Shown: positions 39,273-50,046, numbered from the stretch's first letter. The stretch is 64,000 nucleotides of DNA from Candidatus Latescibacterota bacterium (GCA_963422735.1 OY730476.1:896001-960000); one strand, 5' to 3'. Notes: a model not told the origin generated them from the letters alone. Numbers and translations: made by a program.

Positions 39273-42176
39273 CTAGTCCGCCGCCTTCTCCACGGCCGCT
39301 TGATAGTACTCCCGCAGCAAGTCGTCGAGGACCGCAGAAGTTTGGTTGTAGTTGGTCCATCCGTAAGGCGTGTTGTCAAAGCGCACATCGCCCACGAGGG
39401 AATCGGCTCCCCGCGACAGGAGCAAGCGGGCCATTTCGAGCTGGTCGGCGATGACGGTTTTGTGCAGGGGCGTACTCCCGCGGTCGTAGGACCGGAATGC
39501 GCCGGCAAAGCCGTTGATGTCGGCCCCGCGATCCAGTAAGAAGGCCGCTGATTCCAACGCACCGCTGTAGGCAGCAAAGTTGAGCGCCTCGACGAGGATC
39601 TGCTCGTCGGTGAGCACGGTGTCCGGGTTGGGGTGATATAAATGGCCGGTCCCCTTTTTCAGCTTGCCCTCGGCGTCGAAGAACTCGGCCATCAGATCGA
39701 CGCGGTTGGCTCCGGCGGCAAAGCGCAAATCAACCGTGGCCCCGGCCTCGATCAACAGACGCGCCAGCCCTCGGTTTTCGGCGATCAGGGTCTTCCACAG
39801 TATCCGGCCGCGATTGCGGTCCAAATCACCCCCCCGATCAATCAACGAGCGGACCAACTCGGCCTTCGTACCGGCCCAGTCGAGCTGGGCACTTTGGGCC
39901 ACCAGTTCCAGCACCGTAACAGCATCGTAGGTGGCGGCATTGGGATCGGCTCCGGCGGCGAGTAAGACAGCGGCCAGCTCAACGGCGTTTTCAGGCAGCG
40001 GCACTCGCTGCGGCTCGCCGGCTACGTGGTGCAAAAGGGTGGCTCCACGGAAGTAGGAGTACTCGTAGTACTCGTCGAAATAGCCGCGCGCTGCCGTTAG
40101 TTGGGGCTGTTCGGCGAGTAGGTTCCTGAGCGTCTCCACGTCCCCTGCGTCGATAGCTTGGACGGCCCGGTAAAAGTCTGGGTGCTCGGCGTCGCCGCGG
40201 TCTCGGCCTTGCGGCGGCAAGGATTCGCCCTCGCGCGGAATGGCCAGTGCCACCAACTCGGGCGGGCGATCAGGGTCGCCAAAATCATTGCCTACTGGGA
40301 CGACCACGTACTGGCGGCCATTCGCCACATAGCTCATCGGCGCACCGTAGGCATTGCTGGGTAACTCGACGCGGCCGATTTCCCTGCCCAACGCCAGATC
40401 GTAGGCGCGTAGGTAGGCGTCGCGATCAACGAAGTAATCCGCCCCAGCGTCGCTCAGATCGTGCGGGTCTTGCGAGGCGGCCATTAGCAACCGGGGGGTG
40501 GTCAGCACAAAGGTGCGATTGTCCCAGCCCATGTCCGGCAGGTCGAGACCCTTGAGTGCCAAATGGTCCACCGGCCCCTTGCCCACCGTCGTCCGCCATA
40601 TATGCTCGCCGGTGTTGAGGTCAATCGCCGTGATGCTGCCATAAGGGGGCTTGACCAGCGGCAGCCCTTGCGGGCCGAGAACGTGGAATTCGTTGGTGGC
40701 AAAAAACGCCGAGTGGGCCTCTGGGGCTTCCACGCGGTGCAGTTGCACCGTGGTAATGGCCATGTGCGACGGCACGTAGAGCACACCCGTGCGCGGATCC
40801 GCAGCACCTCCGGCCCAATCGGGGCCCCCCCATTGGCCGGGAACCAACAAGACGCCCTTCTCGGTCGGCGGCGCGTAGAGCGGGCCGTAGTCGTAGCGAG
40901 CGAGGATCGCCTTGGCTTCTTCGCGCAGTTCGGGCGTGAAGTCGATCAGGTCGTCTTCGCCAATGCCTTGGCGTTCAAATGGTGCAGGTTTGGTCGGGAA
41001 GGGCTGGGTCGGGGAGGTCTGCTCGCCCGGCACCTGCGACTGGGGCACCGGCCTTTCGACGATTGGCCAGATCGGCTCGCCGCTTTTGCGATCAAACACG
41101 AAGCAAAAGGCCTGCTTGGTCAGCACGGCGACAACTTGGCGCGGACGACCTTCTACTTCCACATCCAGCAACACCGGAGGGGCCGGTGGATCGTAGTCCC
41201 ACAGGCCGTGGTGGACTAGCTGATAGTGCCAGACCCGCTCGCCGGTCTCGGCATTCAGGCAGACGAGCGACTCGCTGAAGAGGTTGTCGCCGGGGCGCTC
41301 GCCGCCGTAGTAGTCGTGGCTGGCCGTACTCACCGGCAAGTAGAGGTAGCCCAACTCTTCGTCGGCCGTCATTGAGGCCCAGACATTGGCCGCACCGTAG
41401 GTCTTCCAAGCGTCGCTTTGCCAAGTCTCGTTGCCGTATTCGCCCAACTGCGGAATCGTGTGAAACTCCCAAACCTTGGCCCCGGTCCTTGCGTCGAAAG
41501 CCTGCACGTCGCCGGGGGGCGTGTACTCCGCCGGGGGGCGACCGCGCCAGTCGCCAATGGCCGAACCGACCGCGACCACGCCGCGGCAGATCACGGGCGG
41601 GGCAGTAACTCCGTAGTTCCAGCGGTCGCCGTCGGTCAGAGGGCGACGCAGGGCCGCGCCCAAGTCAACCCGGCCATCTTGGCCAAACTCCGGGTCTGGG
41701 AGGCCGGTCTTGGCATCAATGGAGTACAAATAAGCGGTTGAAGTGGCGAGAAAAATCCGCTCGACTTCGCCGTCGGTCCAGTAGCTTGCGCCGCGCAGAT
41801 TGCCCAAGAAACGAGGCTCAATGCGCCAAGCTTCCGGATCAAACGCCCACAGTTTTTCGCCGCTAGCCCCGTCGAGGGCGACGAGGATATTGAACGGCGA
41901 GGCGTAGTATAGCACCCCATTGACGGCGATCGGCGTACCGCGGTGCTCGTCAAAATCTAGGTCGAGATTGGCCGTCTCGTATATCTGCTGATCGGGCGGG
42001 CGAAAGCGCCACACGACGCGCAATTGGTCGAAGTTGTCCGGGCCGATCTGGGCGGCGGGCGAGTACTTGGTGCCGCCCAGATCAGAGGTGTAGTAAGGCC
42101 AATCGACCGCTTGGGCTGCGGCTACCGCTATCAGCATCAGCCAGACGGTCAGGGTACTGTAGGCGCATTTGTTCAC
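39273..42176 (-). CDS. Secreted PQQ-dependent (glucose-dehydrogenase-like) enzyme fused to C-terminal ankyrin repeats
   Basis: AAGGAG RBS and GTG; signal peptide; DWPYY..GTKYSP, WHYQLVHHGLWDYD, GLPLVKPPYG; then GATLLHHVA, GADPNA, GADING, GSTPLHKT. Confidence 0.88.
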   Translation of the reverse strand: MNKCAYSTLTVWLMLIAVAAAQAVDWPYYTSDLGGTKYSPAAQIGPDNFDQLRVVWRFRPPDQQIYETANLDLDFDEHRGTPIAVNGVLYYASPFNILVALDGASGEKLWAFDPEAWRIEPRFLGNLRGASYWTDGEVERIFLATSTAYLYSIDAKTGLPDPEFGQDGRVDLGAALRRPLTDGDRWNYGVTAPPVICRGVVAVGSAIGDWRGRPPAEYTPPGDVQAFDARTGAKVWEFHTIPQLGEYGNETWQSDAWKTYGAANVWASMTADEELGYLYLPVSTASHDYYGGERPGDNLFSESLVCLNAETGERVWHYQLVHHGLWDYDPPAPPVLLDVEVEGRPRQVVAVLTKQAFCFVFDRKSGEPIWPIVERPVPQSQVPGEQTSPTQPFPTKPAPFERQGIGEDDLIDFTPELREEAKAILARYDYGPLYAPPTEKGVLLVPGQWGGPDWAGGAADPRTGVLYVPSHMAITTVQLHRVEAPEAHSAFFATNEFHVLGPQGLPLVKPPYGSITAIDLNTGEHIWRTTVGKGPVDHLALKGLDLPDMGWDNRTFVLTTPRLLMAASQDPHDLSDAGADYFVDRDAYLRAYDLALGREIGRVELPSNAYGAPMSYVANGRQYVVVPVGNDFGDPDRPPELVALAIPREGESLPPQGRDRGDAEHPDFYRAVQAIDAGDVETLRNLLAEQPQLTAARGYFDEYYEYSYFRGATLLHHVAGEPQRVPLPENAVELAAVLLAAGADPNAATYDAVTVLELVAQSAQLDWAGTKAELVRSLIDRGGDLDRNRGRILWKTLIAENRGLARLLIEAGATVDLRFAAGANRVDLMAEFFDAEGKLKKGTGHLYHPNPDTVLTDEQILVEALNFAAYSGALESAAFLLDRGADINGFAGAFRSYDRGSTPLHKTVIADQLEMARLLLSRGADSLVGDVRFDNTPYGWTNYNQTSAVLDDLLREYYQAAVEKAAD

Positions 42177-42254
42177 TCGTTTGCTCCTTTTTGCGCGGTT
42201 TCTATAAGGCGTCTTAAAATGGAAGACGGGGCGTTGAACAGTGTCAAACAAAGT

Positions 42255-42730
42255 GGGCAAGCGGGTGGCCGACTGGGAGACTTGGGTGCTGGAATCGTCC
42301 GATGATGGCCAAACTTGGACCGAGCTGCGGGCGCGGGTCGGTCAAAAACAAGCTCCTCGCGCTCGCCGACGACACGTGGCTGGCCGGGGCCTCGCTGGAA
42401 AAGGACGGGTGGGAGGTCTTTGTCGATAGCACGTGCGAACCGAGGCGCGACTTGGCAGGCCAGCGATCTCATAGTACGCGACCGCTCGCTCTTTACCGAC
42501 CACGGAGCGATCCAGCCCACGCTTTGGGAATTGGCTCCGGGGCAGGTGCATCTGCTGGCCCGCAGCTACTCAGCGGACGGGGGGCGGACTTGGGCACCGC
42601 TCTATCCGACGGATCTGCCCAACAACATAGCCCGCCTCCACGACGGCACTCTCGCCCTCGTCTGCAACCCGGTGGGGCGAACGCGCACCCCGCTCTCGAT
42701 CCTACTCTCAACGGACAACGCCGCGGCGAG
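42255..42730 (+). pseudogene. Sialidase/BNR Asp-box protein remnant
   Basis: ESSDDGQTWT, VKNK, IQPTLWE, SYSADGGRTW, RTPLSILLSTDN across frameshifts. Confidence 0.75.
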
Positions 42731-42738
42731 CTGGCCTA

Positions 42739-42786
42739 CTTTTTCGCCATGTCGGCGGACAAACCAGAGCTTTTCGTCTGGTCCTA
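42739..42786 (+). repeat. 48-bp direct repeat, copy 2
   Basis: Identical to 37927-37974; includes the stop codon of the convergent gene at 42784. Confidence 0.95.
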
Positions 42787-43842
42787 AGGCTGCATATCCT
42801 CGCCGCGCAGCAGGAAGGCGCGAATGTCGTAGCGGCCCGGGCGCTCTATTGGCAAATCCCCGGCCTCGATCATCACCTCCAACGGCGAGGCCATCGTCCG
42901 CAAAGGCAGTGTCGCAACCTCGTGTAGCCGCGCCGACTCGTAGGTGGCCATGATGATCTCCACCGCCGCCCGGCCGTTTTCCGCTTGGCCGCGATGCTCA
43001 ACCTTGCCTTCGATCCACTCCACAATCTCGCGCTGCTGCCCAACGCAAGGATCCTCGCCCTTGCCCGGACGCTCCTCCCAAGTGCCGGTCTTACTGTTGA
43101 GCAGCCGCACCTTGCTCTCGTCGAGTTCCATTATACCCTCCGCGCCGTAGAAGACCCCGCCTTGGTAGTTGGGACCAGCCAACTCCTGCAAAAGCTGGCC
43201 GATGGCCCGGTTGTCGAATTGCACCACGCACAGACTGCGATCCTCGATGGGGATGTCGCGCTCAAAACGCTCGGTCTTGCGCTCGATATTGCCCATCACC
43301 CATACCGCCTGTGGATCGCCCATCACATAGCGCATCATGTCCAACAGGTGCGAGCAATCGTTGAGCAGGCCCTGTCCGCCGCGTGCATTGACCTGCCGCA
43401 CCTCGCCAATGGCCCCTGCTGCCACCAGTTCCTTGGCCAAAGTCCACGCCGGATTGAAGCGGCGCTGATGGGCAATGGCCAGCTTGACGCGGTTGCGCTG
43501 GGCGGCGATGAGCATGGCATCGCAATCGCCTAGACTGGTTGCCATGGGCTTTTCGCACAGCACGGCTTTGGGCTTGCGCGCACAGGCGGCAATCGTCATT
43601 GGCGCGTGCAACTTGTGCCAAGTGCAAATCGAGACGATATCGAGTGCCTCCTCGTCGAGCATCTGGCGGAAATCCTCGTAGCGTTGAGCGATCCCATGCC
43701 GCTGGCCGAACTCTTCTCGCGCCTCAGCCGCCGGATCGGCCAGCGCCACGACCTCGACTTGATCCACTCCGCTCCAGCCTTGCACGTGGTAGTTGGCGAT
43801 GCTACCGCAGCCGATAATGCCCACTCGGTACTTTTCTGCCAT
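42784..43842 (-). CDS. Gfo/Idh/MocA oxidoreductase
   Basis: GIIGCGSIA, VLCEKPMA, HQRRF. Confidence 0.92.
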   Translation of the reverse strand: MAEKYRVGIIGCGSIANYHVQGWSGVDQVEVVALADPAAEAREEFGQRHGIAQRYEDFRQMLDEEALDIVSICTWHKLHAPMTIAACARKPKAVLCEKPMATSLGDCDAMLIAAQRNRVKLAIAHQRRFNPAWTLAKELVAAGAIGEVRQVNARGGQGLLNDCSHLLDMMRYVMGDPQAVWVMGNIERKTERFERDIPIEDRSLCVVQFDNRAIGQLLQELAGPNYQGGVFYGAEGIMELDESKVRLLNSKTGTWEERPGKGEDPCVGQQREIVEWIEGKVEHRGQAENGRAAVEIIMATYESARLHEVATLPLRTMASPLEVMIEAGDLPIERPGRYDIRAFLLRGEDMQP

Positions 43843-43863
43843 GTCATCTTCCTTTGTTGGAGG

Positions 43864-45756
43864 TTAGTTGATCCACCCGCCAATCGCATCCGCTCCCATC
43901 CCCTCAGCCTCGACCACGAGCTGTGCTCCCTTGCCCACCGCACGATAACATCGCCTGGCGATGCGCTGCGGGAAGTGATCCCCGGCCCCGTGTACCAACA
44001 GCCATCCCGGCGCACACAACGCCAGTGCCGTCCGCACATCGCCCAACGCGCGAATCCCCGGCGCGAAAAGTGCTCCGCTCCACGCTTGGTCGCCTCCTAA
44101 ATCGCGACCACCCCAATCCACCACTGTGCGGCCGATGCCACTAGCCAACGCCCGGGCAAACAGGCAGCAAATGCCGGCCTCGCCTTGGCCGACGAGGTGG
44201 CACTTGCCCACGCGCAGATGCTGGCCCAGATAGGCCAGACCCGTGAGGATGTCCTGCACCCGGCAAGCCAGCGTCGCCTGATTGTACGCGTGGTACAGGG
44301 GATCCGCCTCGTCGTGCCCGGCCCGCTCTGCTCCGTCGGTCGGGAAGGGAGCAACAGCTAGCACGGCCGCGCCCGCCTGCAACAGGCCCTGTACCAGCGC
44401 GCCCGGCGCATCGGCAATCAGCGTCGCCGGCACCTTGCCTTGGGGGCCTCGCGGTATAAAAAACACCGCACGCACCCGCTCCCCTCGCCCCGTGTGCCCC
44501 AAGACCAGCTCTTCAGCGACATAACCCGCCTCCCGCCGAAATCCCAAGCTCTCAACCGCGACTTGAGGCGCAGTATCCACCCCGAGCAGACTCGCCAGTG
44601 CCGGGCGCGTCTCCCGCTGGAAGCGCCGGATGCGAGCGGCTGCCAACCGAGTGGCCAACCGCTGCTCGCTGCGCGCGATCACGGCCGCAAAGACCCCTCG
44701 CGCGTCGAGCGCATGGGCCGGTTTTTTGCGCCCGTTGAACACCAGCAAATCCTCGTCTCGCTCCACGGCAAACGGCCGTTCAGAAACCCTGCCACGCCCG
44801 CCCAACAGGTGGCGCTTGAAAAACGCGTACACGGCCTCACGGCTCAGCTTGTTGTAGTTGTGCGGGGCGTCTATCTGGACCTCGCGCACCTTGTTTTGCG
44901 CTCCGTAGAGGCCGTAGATCGCGCGCACCGCCGGGAATTCGACCTCCGGCGTGTTCGCCGTCCAGTCGCCGGTACACGATACCAGCAACAAGGGCCTCGG
45001 CGCCATGCAGCTCGCGATTTCCACATTGTTGATGTCCAGCCGCAGGTGGCCCTGATTCTCGCAGCGACAGCCGCCCTGCATAAAGGCCGAGACCATGTTG
45101 ACAGGAGCCGCCGCCTTGACCCGCTCATCAACGGCCATCAGCAAAAAGGTCTGCGTCCCCCCACCAGATGCGCCCGTGCAGCCGATGCGCTCGGCATCTA
45201 CATCCGCCAGCGCTGCGAGGAAGTCAACCACCCGCCAACTGTTCCACAGTTGCAAGCTCAGCGCACCGATCCCCCACAGGGCCTCGCGCCGCCCCCCAAT
45301 CTCCCGATGCACGAGTTGGTCGCTGTCGTTGTAGCCAACCATGTCGTGCGAAAAGGCCACCATGCCCTGCCGCGCAAAGTTGATGCAGCGCCCAGCAATC
45401 GATCCCAACTCGGAGTTTTCGAGACGTCCTCGCTCCCAGTGGCCGTGCGGACAAGCAAGCGCCGGAAAAGGGCCCTCACCTAGCGGCCGGTACAGATTGC
45501 CGCAGACGAAGAAGCCGGGCAGGCTCTCGAAAAAGACCTTTTCCACCGCATAGCCCTCCCGCTCAATCCGCCCGAAAATCCGCGCCTTGAGCGGCGTCTT
45601 TGCCGGCAGCGGCCACAATCCCGCGCAGACGAGAATGTGCCGACGGATCGCCGCTGCCCGCTGCTCCCACTCCGCCAGCGTCCTATAGCGGCGCAAGGCC
45701 CACGGCGTATTAACGTTTTTGGCTGGACCCAGCCGCTCATCACTTGCAACAGCCAT
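43864..45756 (-). CDS. Acetylxylan-esterase-like alpha/beta hydrolase (tandem domains)
   Basis: YAVEKVFFESLPG, ACPHGH, IGCTGASGGG nucleophile elbow, HNY. Confidence 0.8.
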   Translation of the reverse strand: MAVASDERLGPAKNVNTPWALRRYRTLAEWEQRAAAIRRHILVCAGLWPLPAKTPLKARIFGRIEREGYAVEKVFFESLPGFFVCGNLYRPLGEGPFPALACPHGHWERGRLENSELGSIAGRCINFARQGMVAFSHDMVGYNDSDQLVHREIGGRREALWGIGALSLQLWNSWRVVDFLAALADVDAERIGCTGASGGGTQTFLLMAVDERVKAAAPVNMVSAFMQGGCRCENQGHLRLDINNVEIASCMAPRPLLLVSCTGDWTANTPEVEFPAVRAIYGLYGAQNKVREVQIDAPHNYNKLSREAVYAFFKRHLLGGRGRVSERPFAVERDEDLLVFNGRKKPAHALDARGVFAAVIARSEQRLATRLAAARIRRFQRETRPALASLLGVDTAPQVAVESLGFRREAGYVAEELVLGHTGRGERVRAVFFIPRGPQGKVPATLIADAPGALVQGLLQAGAAVLAVAPFPTDGAERAGHDEADPLYHAYNQATLACRVQDILTGLAYLGQHLRVGKCHLVGQGEAGICCLFARALASGIGRTVVDWGGRDLGGDQAWSGALFAPGIRALGDVRTALALCAPGWLLVHGAGDHFPQRIARRCYRAVGKGAQLVVEAEGMGADAIGGWIN

Positions 45757-45877
45757 ACTATCTCCTCCTGTTAGCGCGGCTAGGGCAGCACTTGTTATAG
45801 ATCAAGCCGCGGGGGCTGTCGCGCCGTTTAGCCGCCGCAGAAAAGGAAGGTTTTCGTTTGGCGTACCAGACCGCGTC

Positions 45878-46115
45878 TCACGCCTTAACTGCACCCGACA
45901 TCAAACCGGCCGTCAATCGCTTTCTCACCAGCAGGAACAGCAAGAGGGTGGGTACCGTCGCCACCACTGCGGTGGCCATCAAATAATTCCACTCCACCAC
46001 GTTGTTTTTTCTCAAGCGTAGAGCACCATAGTAATCGGCTGCATGGTCTGTTTGGAAACTAGCACTAGCGCAAAGATGAATTCGTTCCAAGCACTGACAA
46101 AGGTGAAAATGGTGT
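45878..46115 (-). pseudogene. Carbohydrate ABC permease C-terminal fragment
   Basis: FTFVSAWNEFIFAL (frameshift) WNYLMATAVVATVP..GLMSGAVKA. Confidence 0.75.
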
Positions 46116-46149
46116 AGCCCCCGGTCGAGCCGCTACGTCCTGATACTAG

Positions 46150-47040
46150 CGTCGTCGATGTGCATGACAATATCGTAGAACCCCATCCTCGCGGGTTTCC
46201 ACGCATGAGACCAGAGCGTCCAAGTGTCGTTGGTCTCCTGCACGTAGAGCATGTTGACCGGAACTGGATCTTGGTCTCGGCCGAACCGAATCATCAATTT
46301 GTCGGTCGGCCGCTCGCCCCCCCATCAGACCGACCACCCGGTAAACGATCCGATCGGAGAAGCACCATTTTTCAACGCGGATGGGCAGTGCCGCCGGGTC
46401 GAAGTCCTAGCGATCTTGGGGTCCCCTGCTGGTTGATGCGGCCGGCAAATTCCAGCATCCGACTCGTCGCCTTTTCGCCGTCGTCCACCAACGGATCTCA
46501 TTGACCCATTTGATGTCCACGCAGCTAAACCACCGAGGCACGACTAGCGCGCACTGGGAAACCGCGATCGCGCGGCAGCGGTTCGCCGTTCATCTCGATG
46601 GCCAAAAAGGCTCCGTATTTCTCAAGGTCCGCAAAGGTAAAAATCCAACTCGCTCCCGGAATCGAAGAGTGCGGCTTGACTGAGTACTCGTCAAAGCCCG
46701 AATCAGGACGCGGGTCGCCTCGGCTTTGATGCTCAGCCGCTTTAGCACCCCGGTTAGGGGAACGCCCGACCACTAGGCCGCGCTCATAAGCCCAAAGGGT
46801 CGGCGTTGATTGCCGGCGCACTCCAGCAGCACGGTGCCCATGGGGTTAACCCGGGGCTTTAACTCGTCTAGCTCGATTGCCACTGGTCGCTCGACCAGTC
46901 CGCGCACTGCGATCTTCCACGGCTGGGCAAAATCGATCCGATCGGAACAGCGCGTATGCACAAAGAAGTGCTCATTGGGGATGATCAAGGTAGCGGACGT
47001 GAGCGCGGTCAGAAATGAAGAGCACTTTTTGGGGATTTCT
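46150..47040 (-). pseudogene. Sulfite-oxidase-like molybdopterin protein, fragmented
   Basis: IIPNEHFFVHTR, VRGLVERP, LLECAGN, LAIEMNGEPLPRDRGFPVR, IKWVNEI. Confidence 0.75.
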
Positions 47041-47077
47041 CCGCCTTGCAAAATGTCCTTTTGGCGATCATCCGCGC

Positions 47078-47797
47078 CTAGCATCCCCCATTATCGTCGG
47101 CGTGCAGCTTTTCTAGCACCTGCCGCTGTTGGTACTGGCGGCTTTCGGCCGAGTCGAAAACCTCGCGGATGAACTGGCCCCGGCTTTTGCCACTGGCCAG
47201 TTCGGCCAAGCGGTTTTGCAAGTCGTCGTGTGAGGGGTCGCGGTCGAGCGCTGCACGGTAAACCCCACGCACGAAATCCGCCTCGGCCGCTTCGTCGAGC
47301 AAGTCTTGGGCCTCGTAGGCAAAGGCTTTGAGGGTATGCGCTAAGGAAGCAGCTAACCAAGCCTTGTGCTCTCCAAGCGGACCCAACGTGGAGTATAACT
47401 CGGCGCACAGTTCCGAGTTGCCAGCCACCTGCTGAGCTTCCTCCACAGACTTGCCTGCGGACCAAGCTTGCAGGGTTTGCATATAGGTCTTGGCCCGGCC
47501 CCGGCGCTGGTCGTCTATTTCCCAAGCCCGGGTGAGCACATCGACAGCTGGCCGGCCGGGGTAAGTGCCGTCGCCAATGGCGCGGATGAGTAGATCGAGG
47601 TTGTCAAAGGCTCGGTAGTGGGTCAGCGAGTCAAATCGAGATATCAAGGCGCGGATGTGGCGCACCGCGTCGGGCAACTCCTCCAGCCGAGCGATCTGAG
47701 CGTCGATGCGCTGCATGGCCTCGTCGGGTTCGCCGTCGTGGTGCAGAATATTGCGCCAGTGGGAAGGGGGCATCTGGTCTCCTTTCGAGTTAGGCAT
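47078..47797 (-). CDS. Hypothetical protein with C-terminal DUF4214-like motif
   Basis: FVRGVYRAALDRDP..LASGKSRGQFIREVFDSAE; probable start at the second Met after an AAAGGAG RBS. Confidence 0.6.
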   Translation of the reverse strand: MPNSKGDQMPPSHWRNILHHDGEPDEAMQRIDAQIARLEELPDAVRHIRALISRFDSLTHYRAFDNLDLLIRAIGDGTYPGRPAVDVLTRAWEIDDQRRGRAKTYMQTLQAWSAGKSVEEAQQVAGNSELCAELYSTLGPLGEHKAWLAASLAHTLKAFAYEAQDLLDEAAEADFVRGVYRAALDRDPSHDDLQNRLAELASGKSRGQFIREVFDSAESRQYQQRQVLEKLHADDNGGC

Positions 47798-47812
47798 TGA
47801 GCCGATTGTGGG

Positions 47813-48853
47813 TTATGCGCGGAACAAATGGCCCTCGATGGGCAGGCTCACTTCCACGCCCGAGGTGGCCGCCTGCAGGCCGGCTTCCATAATCTCCTGG
47901 GCGTGGCGCGATTGGGTGGCGTTGGTCGTGCCTTGGGGCGGCTGGCCCGAGCGGATGCAGTGGAGGAAGTGCGTGGCGGCATTGCGCTGGGAGGCGGGTA
48001 ATTCGTCGAGGTCCGCCTCCCTTCCCTCTCGATTCTGACGGGTGTACACAGTTACCTGATTTCCCACCACTAAAGTGCCTTCCGTGCCGTAGAGCACCAC
48101 GTCGTGGGGTGGCACGTGGGGCACGGCTTCGGTCCAGGTCATTTCCAAGCGGCACAGGGCCTGGGGGTAGCGCAGCACCACGATGCCGTTGTCGTCAACT
48201 GGCAGGTGGGTCTTGAGCAAGCGGCCGACCATGGCCACGACGCTGTGCGGTCGGCCCAAAAAGTGGACGCACAGGCTGGCGCCGTACCCGCTGTAGTCGT
48301 TGAAGGCACCGGCCCCGTTGAGCTGGGAATCGAAGAGGAAGCCGCAGAATTCGTCGGAGCAGCCCAATTCGTCGGGGCCGCAGTGGCCGCCGCGCCAAGT
48401 GAGCTGCCACACTTGCCCGATGGCCCCTTCCCGCACTAGGCGGTGGGCCGTGTGGACCGGCCGCGACCAAGCCGTGGGCCAGTTGACCATCAGACATATC
48501 TGGTGGCGCTGGGCTGCGGTCAACATGCGGTCGGCCTGTTCGAGGGTGGCGGCCATGGGTTTTTCGGCCATCGCGTGAATGCCCCGGGCCGCACACAGTT
48601 CGACAATGGGGGCGTGGTGCGCGGTGGCCGAAAAGACGAAGACCGCGTCGGGGGTCTGCGCGTCGAGCAGGGCTTCGTACTCGCCGTACACTTGGTCGCA
48701 GCCGGTGCGCTGGCGGAAGCGGTCCTGGAGCGCGGGGTCGGGGTCGGCACCCCCCACGAGGAGGGCCTCCTCCTGATCGGCTAGTTCCTTGAGGTTGCCC
48801 CATAAGTGGTCGTGGGCCATGCCCAGCACGGCGACTTTGATCGGGTCAGTCAT
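47813..48853 (-). CDS. Gfo/Idh/MocA oxidoreductase
   Basis: KVAVLGMAHDH, AEKPMAAT, GAGAFND; CAGGAG RBS. Confidence 0.9.
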   Translation of the reverse strand: MTDPIKVAVLGMAHDHLWGNLKELADQEEALLVGGADPDPALQDRFRQRTGCDQVYGEYEALLDAQTPDAVFVFSATAHHAPIVELCAARGIHAMAEKPMAATLEQADRMLTAAQRHQICLMVNWPTAWSRPVHTAHRLVREGAIGQVWQLTWRGGHCGPDELGCSDEFCGFLFDSQLNGAGAFNDYSGYGASLCVHFLGRPHSVVAMVGRLLKTHLPVDDNGIVVLRYPQALCRLEMTWTEAVPHVPPHDVVLYGTEGTLVVGNQVTVYTRQNREGREADLDELPASQRNAATHFLHCIRSGQPPQGTTNATQSRHAQEIMEAGLQAATSGVEVSLPIEGHLFRA

Positions 48854-49302
48854 GGATAACAAGCTCCTGAGTATAGTTAATGATGAGGTGTGCGGTATGG
48901 GGACGCCAACTGCTCTGGTCAATCTATACCCTTGGGGACGGCGAGGGCAAGCACCTTGAAAGAGAAAGGGCTGCCTGCTATAATACCCTTGCGCGGAGGG
49001 TGCGTGGCTTGAAGGAGACATGGTCGCCGTCATTTGCGAAACAGAAGGAAAGGATGAGATATGAAAATCGCTTTGGCACTCGGACCAGACGCCAGCGCCG
49101 CATCGGCCTTCGGTGCCCAATTCGGCGTCGAACATGCCGTCGGCACCTGAGGGCTTCGTCGATATGCACTCGATGGAGTGTCTCTACGCCATTGGATACA
49201 TGAGAGGCCTGATCGAAGCGGTGTACAGCCAATGACTGCGGAGCTGCTCGCCCGCCGGTCGCAGATCCCCGGCTGCGATGCCTTTTCTCAGGAGAAGTGC
49301 TT

Positions 49303-50046
49303 GTGAAAGTGGCCATCATGGGTGCCGCCGGGTGGGTCGGCCGGGCCGTATTGAAAAACTTCGCCGGTCGCCACCAAGTGCGCGCCTTCGATTACAGCCC
49401 CGAAGCTTGGGCCGTGTACCACCGATTCGACGGCGACTGGGAGGGAGAAAAGCGCTACGGGGACATCGCCGACTTCCACGCCGTCCACAGCATGCTCGCA
49501 GGTATGGACGGCGTCGTCCATCTGGCCGCCTACTTCGGCTACGAGGACCCGCCCGAGGACAATGCGAACCCCTTTCTCATCAACCTCAAGGGAATGTGGA
49601 ATGTCTTGGAGTCGGCCCGGCGTCACCAGCTCAAACGAGTGGTACACATGAGTTCCTGCGTCGTACAACATCCAGATGGCGTTTTCCTATCGTCGGAAGT
49701 GCGCAGCAAGGAAGGCGACCTGTACGGCATCTCAAAGCGCCTGCAGGAGGAAATGTGCCGCCAGTTCCACGACGCCTACGGTCTGCGGATCATCGTTTTC
49801 CGGCCCTGTAGCATTGGCGACAGCAGGCTCGGGATCAGCCGAGATGGTGCTCCCGCCCGCGGCGGTATTAGCTGGGTCTGCCGGCACGATCTGGCGGAGG
49901 CCTGCCACTTGGCACTCACATCCGCGACCCTTGATTTCGACATTATGCACACGGCTAGTCACCCGGACGCAGACCAGTACTGCAATGTGGCCCGGTCTCG
50001 GGAGCTACTCGGTCTGGAGTACCAAGGGCACTTTTCCGGCGACTGA
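49303..50046 (+). CDS. NAD-dependent epimerase/dehydratase
   Basis: MGAAGWVG, VVHLAA, YGISK. Confidence 0.88.
   Translation: MKVAIMGAAGWVGRAVLKNFAGRHQVRAFDYSPEAWAVYHRFDGDWEGEKRYGDIADFHAVHSMLAGMDGVVHLAAYFGYEDPPEDNANPFLINLKGMWNVLESARRHQLKRVVHMSSCVVQHPDGVFLSSEVRSKEGDLYGISKRLQEEMCRQFHDAYGLRIIVFRPCSIGDSRLGISRDGAPARGGISWVCRHDLAEACHLALTSATLDFDIMHTASHPDADQYCNVARSRELLGLEYQGHFSGD

Noticed and set aside
49061-49150. Short ORF MKIALALGPD..AQFGVEHAV with an RBS
   Set aside because: Probably a gene-start relic, too short to assign
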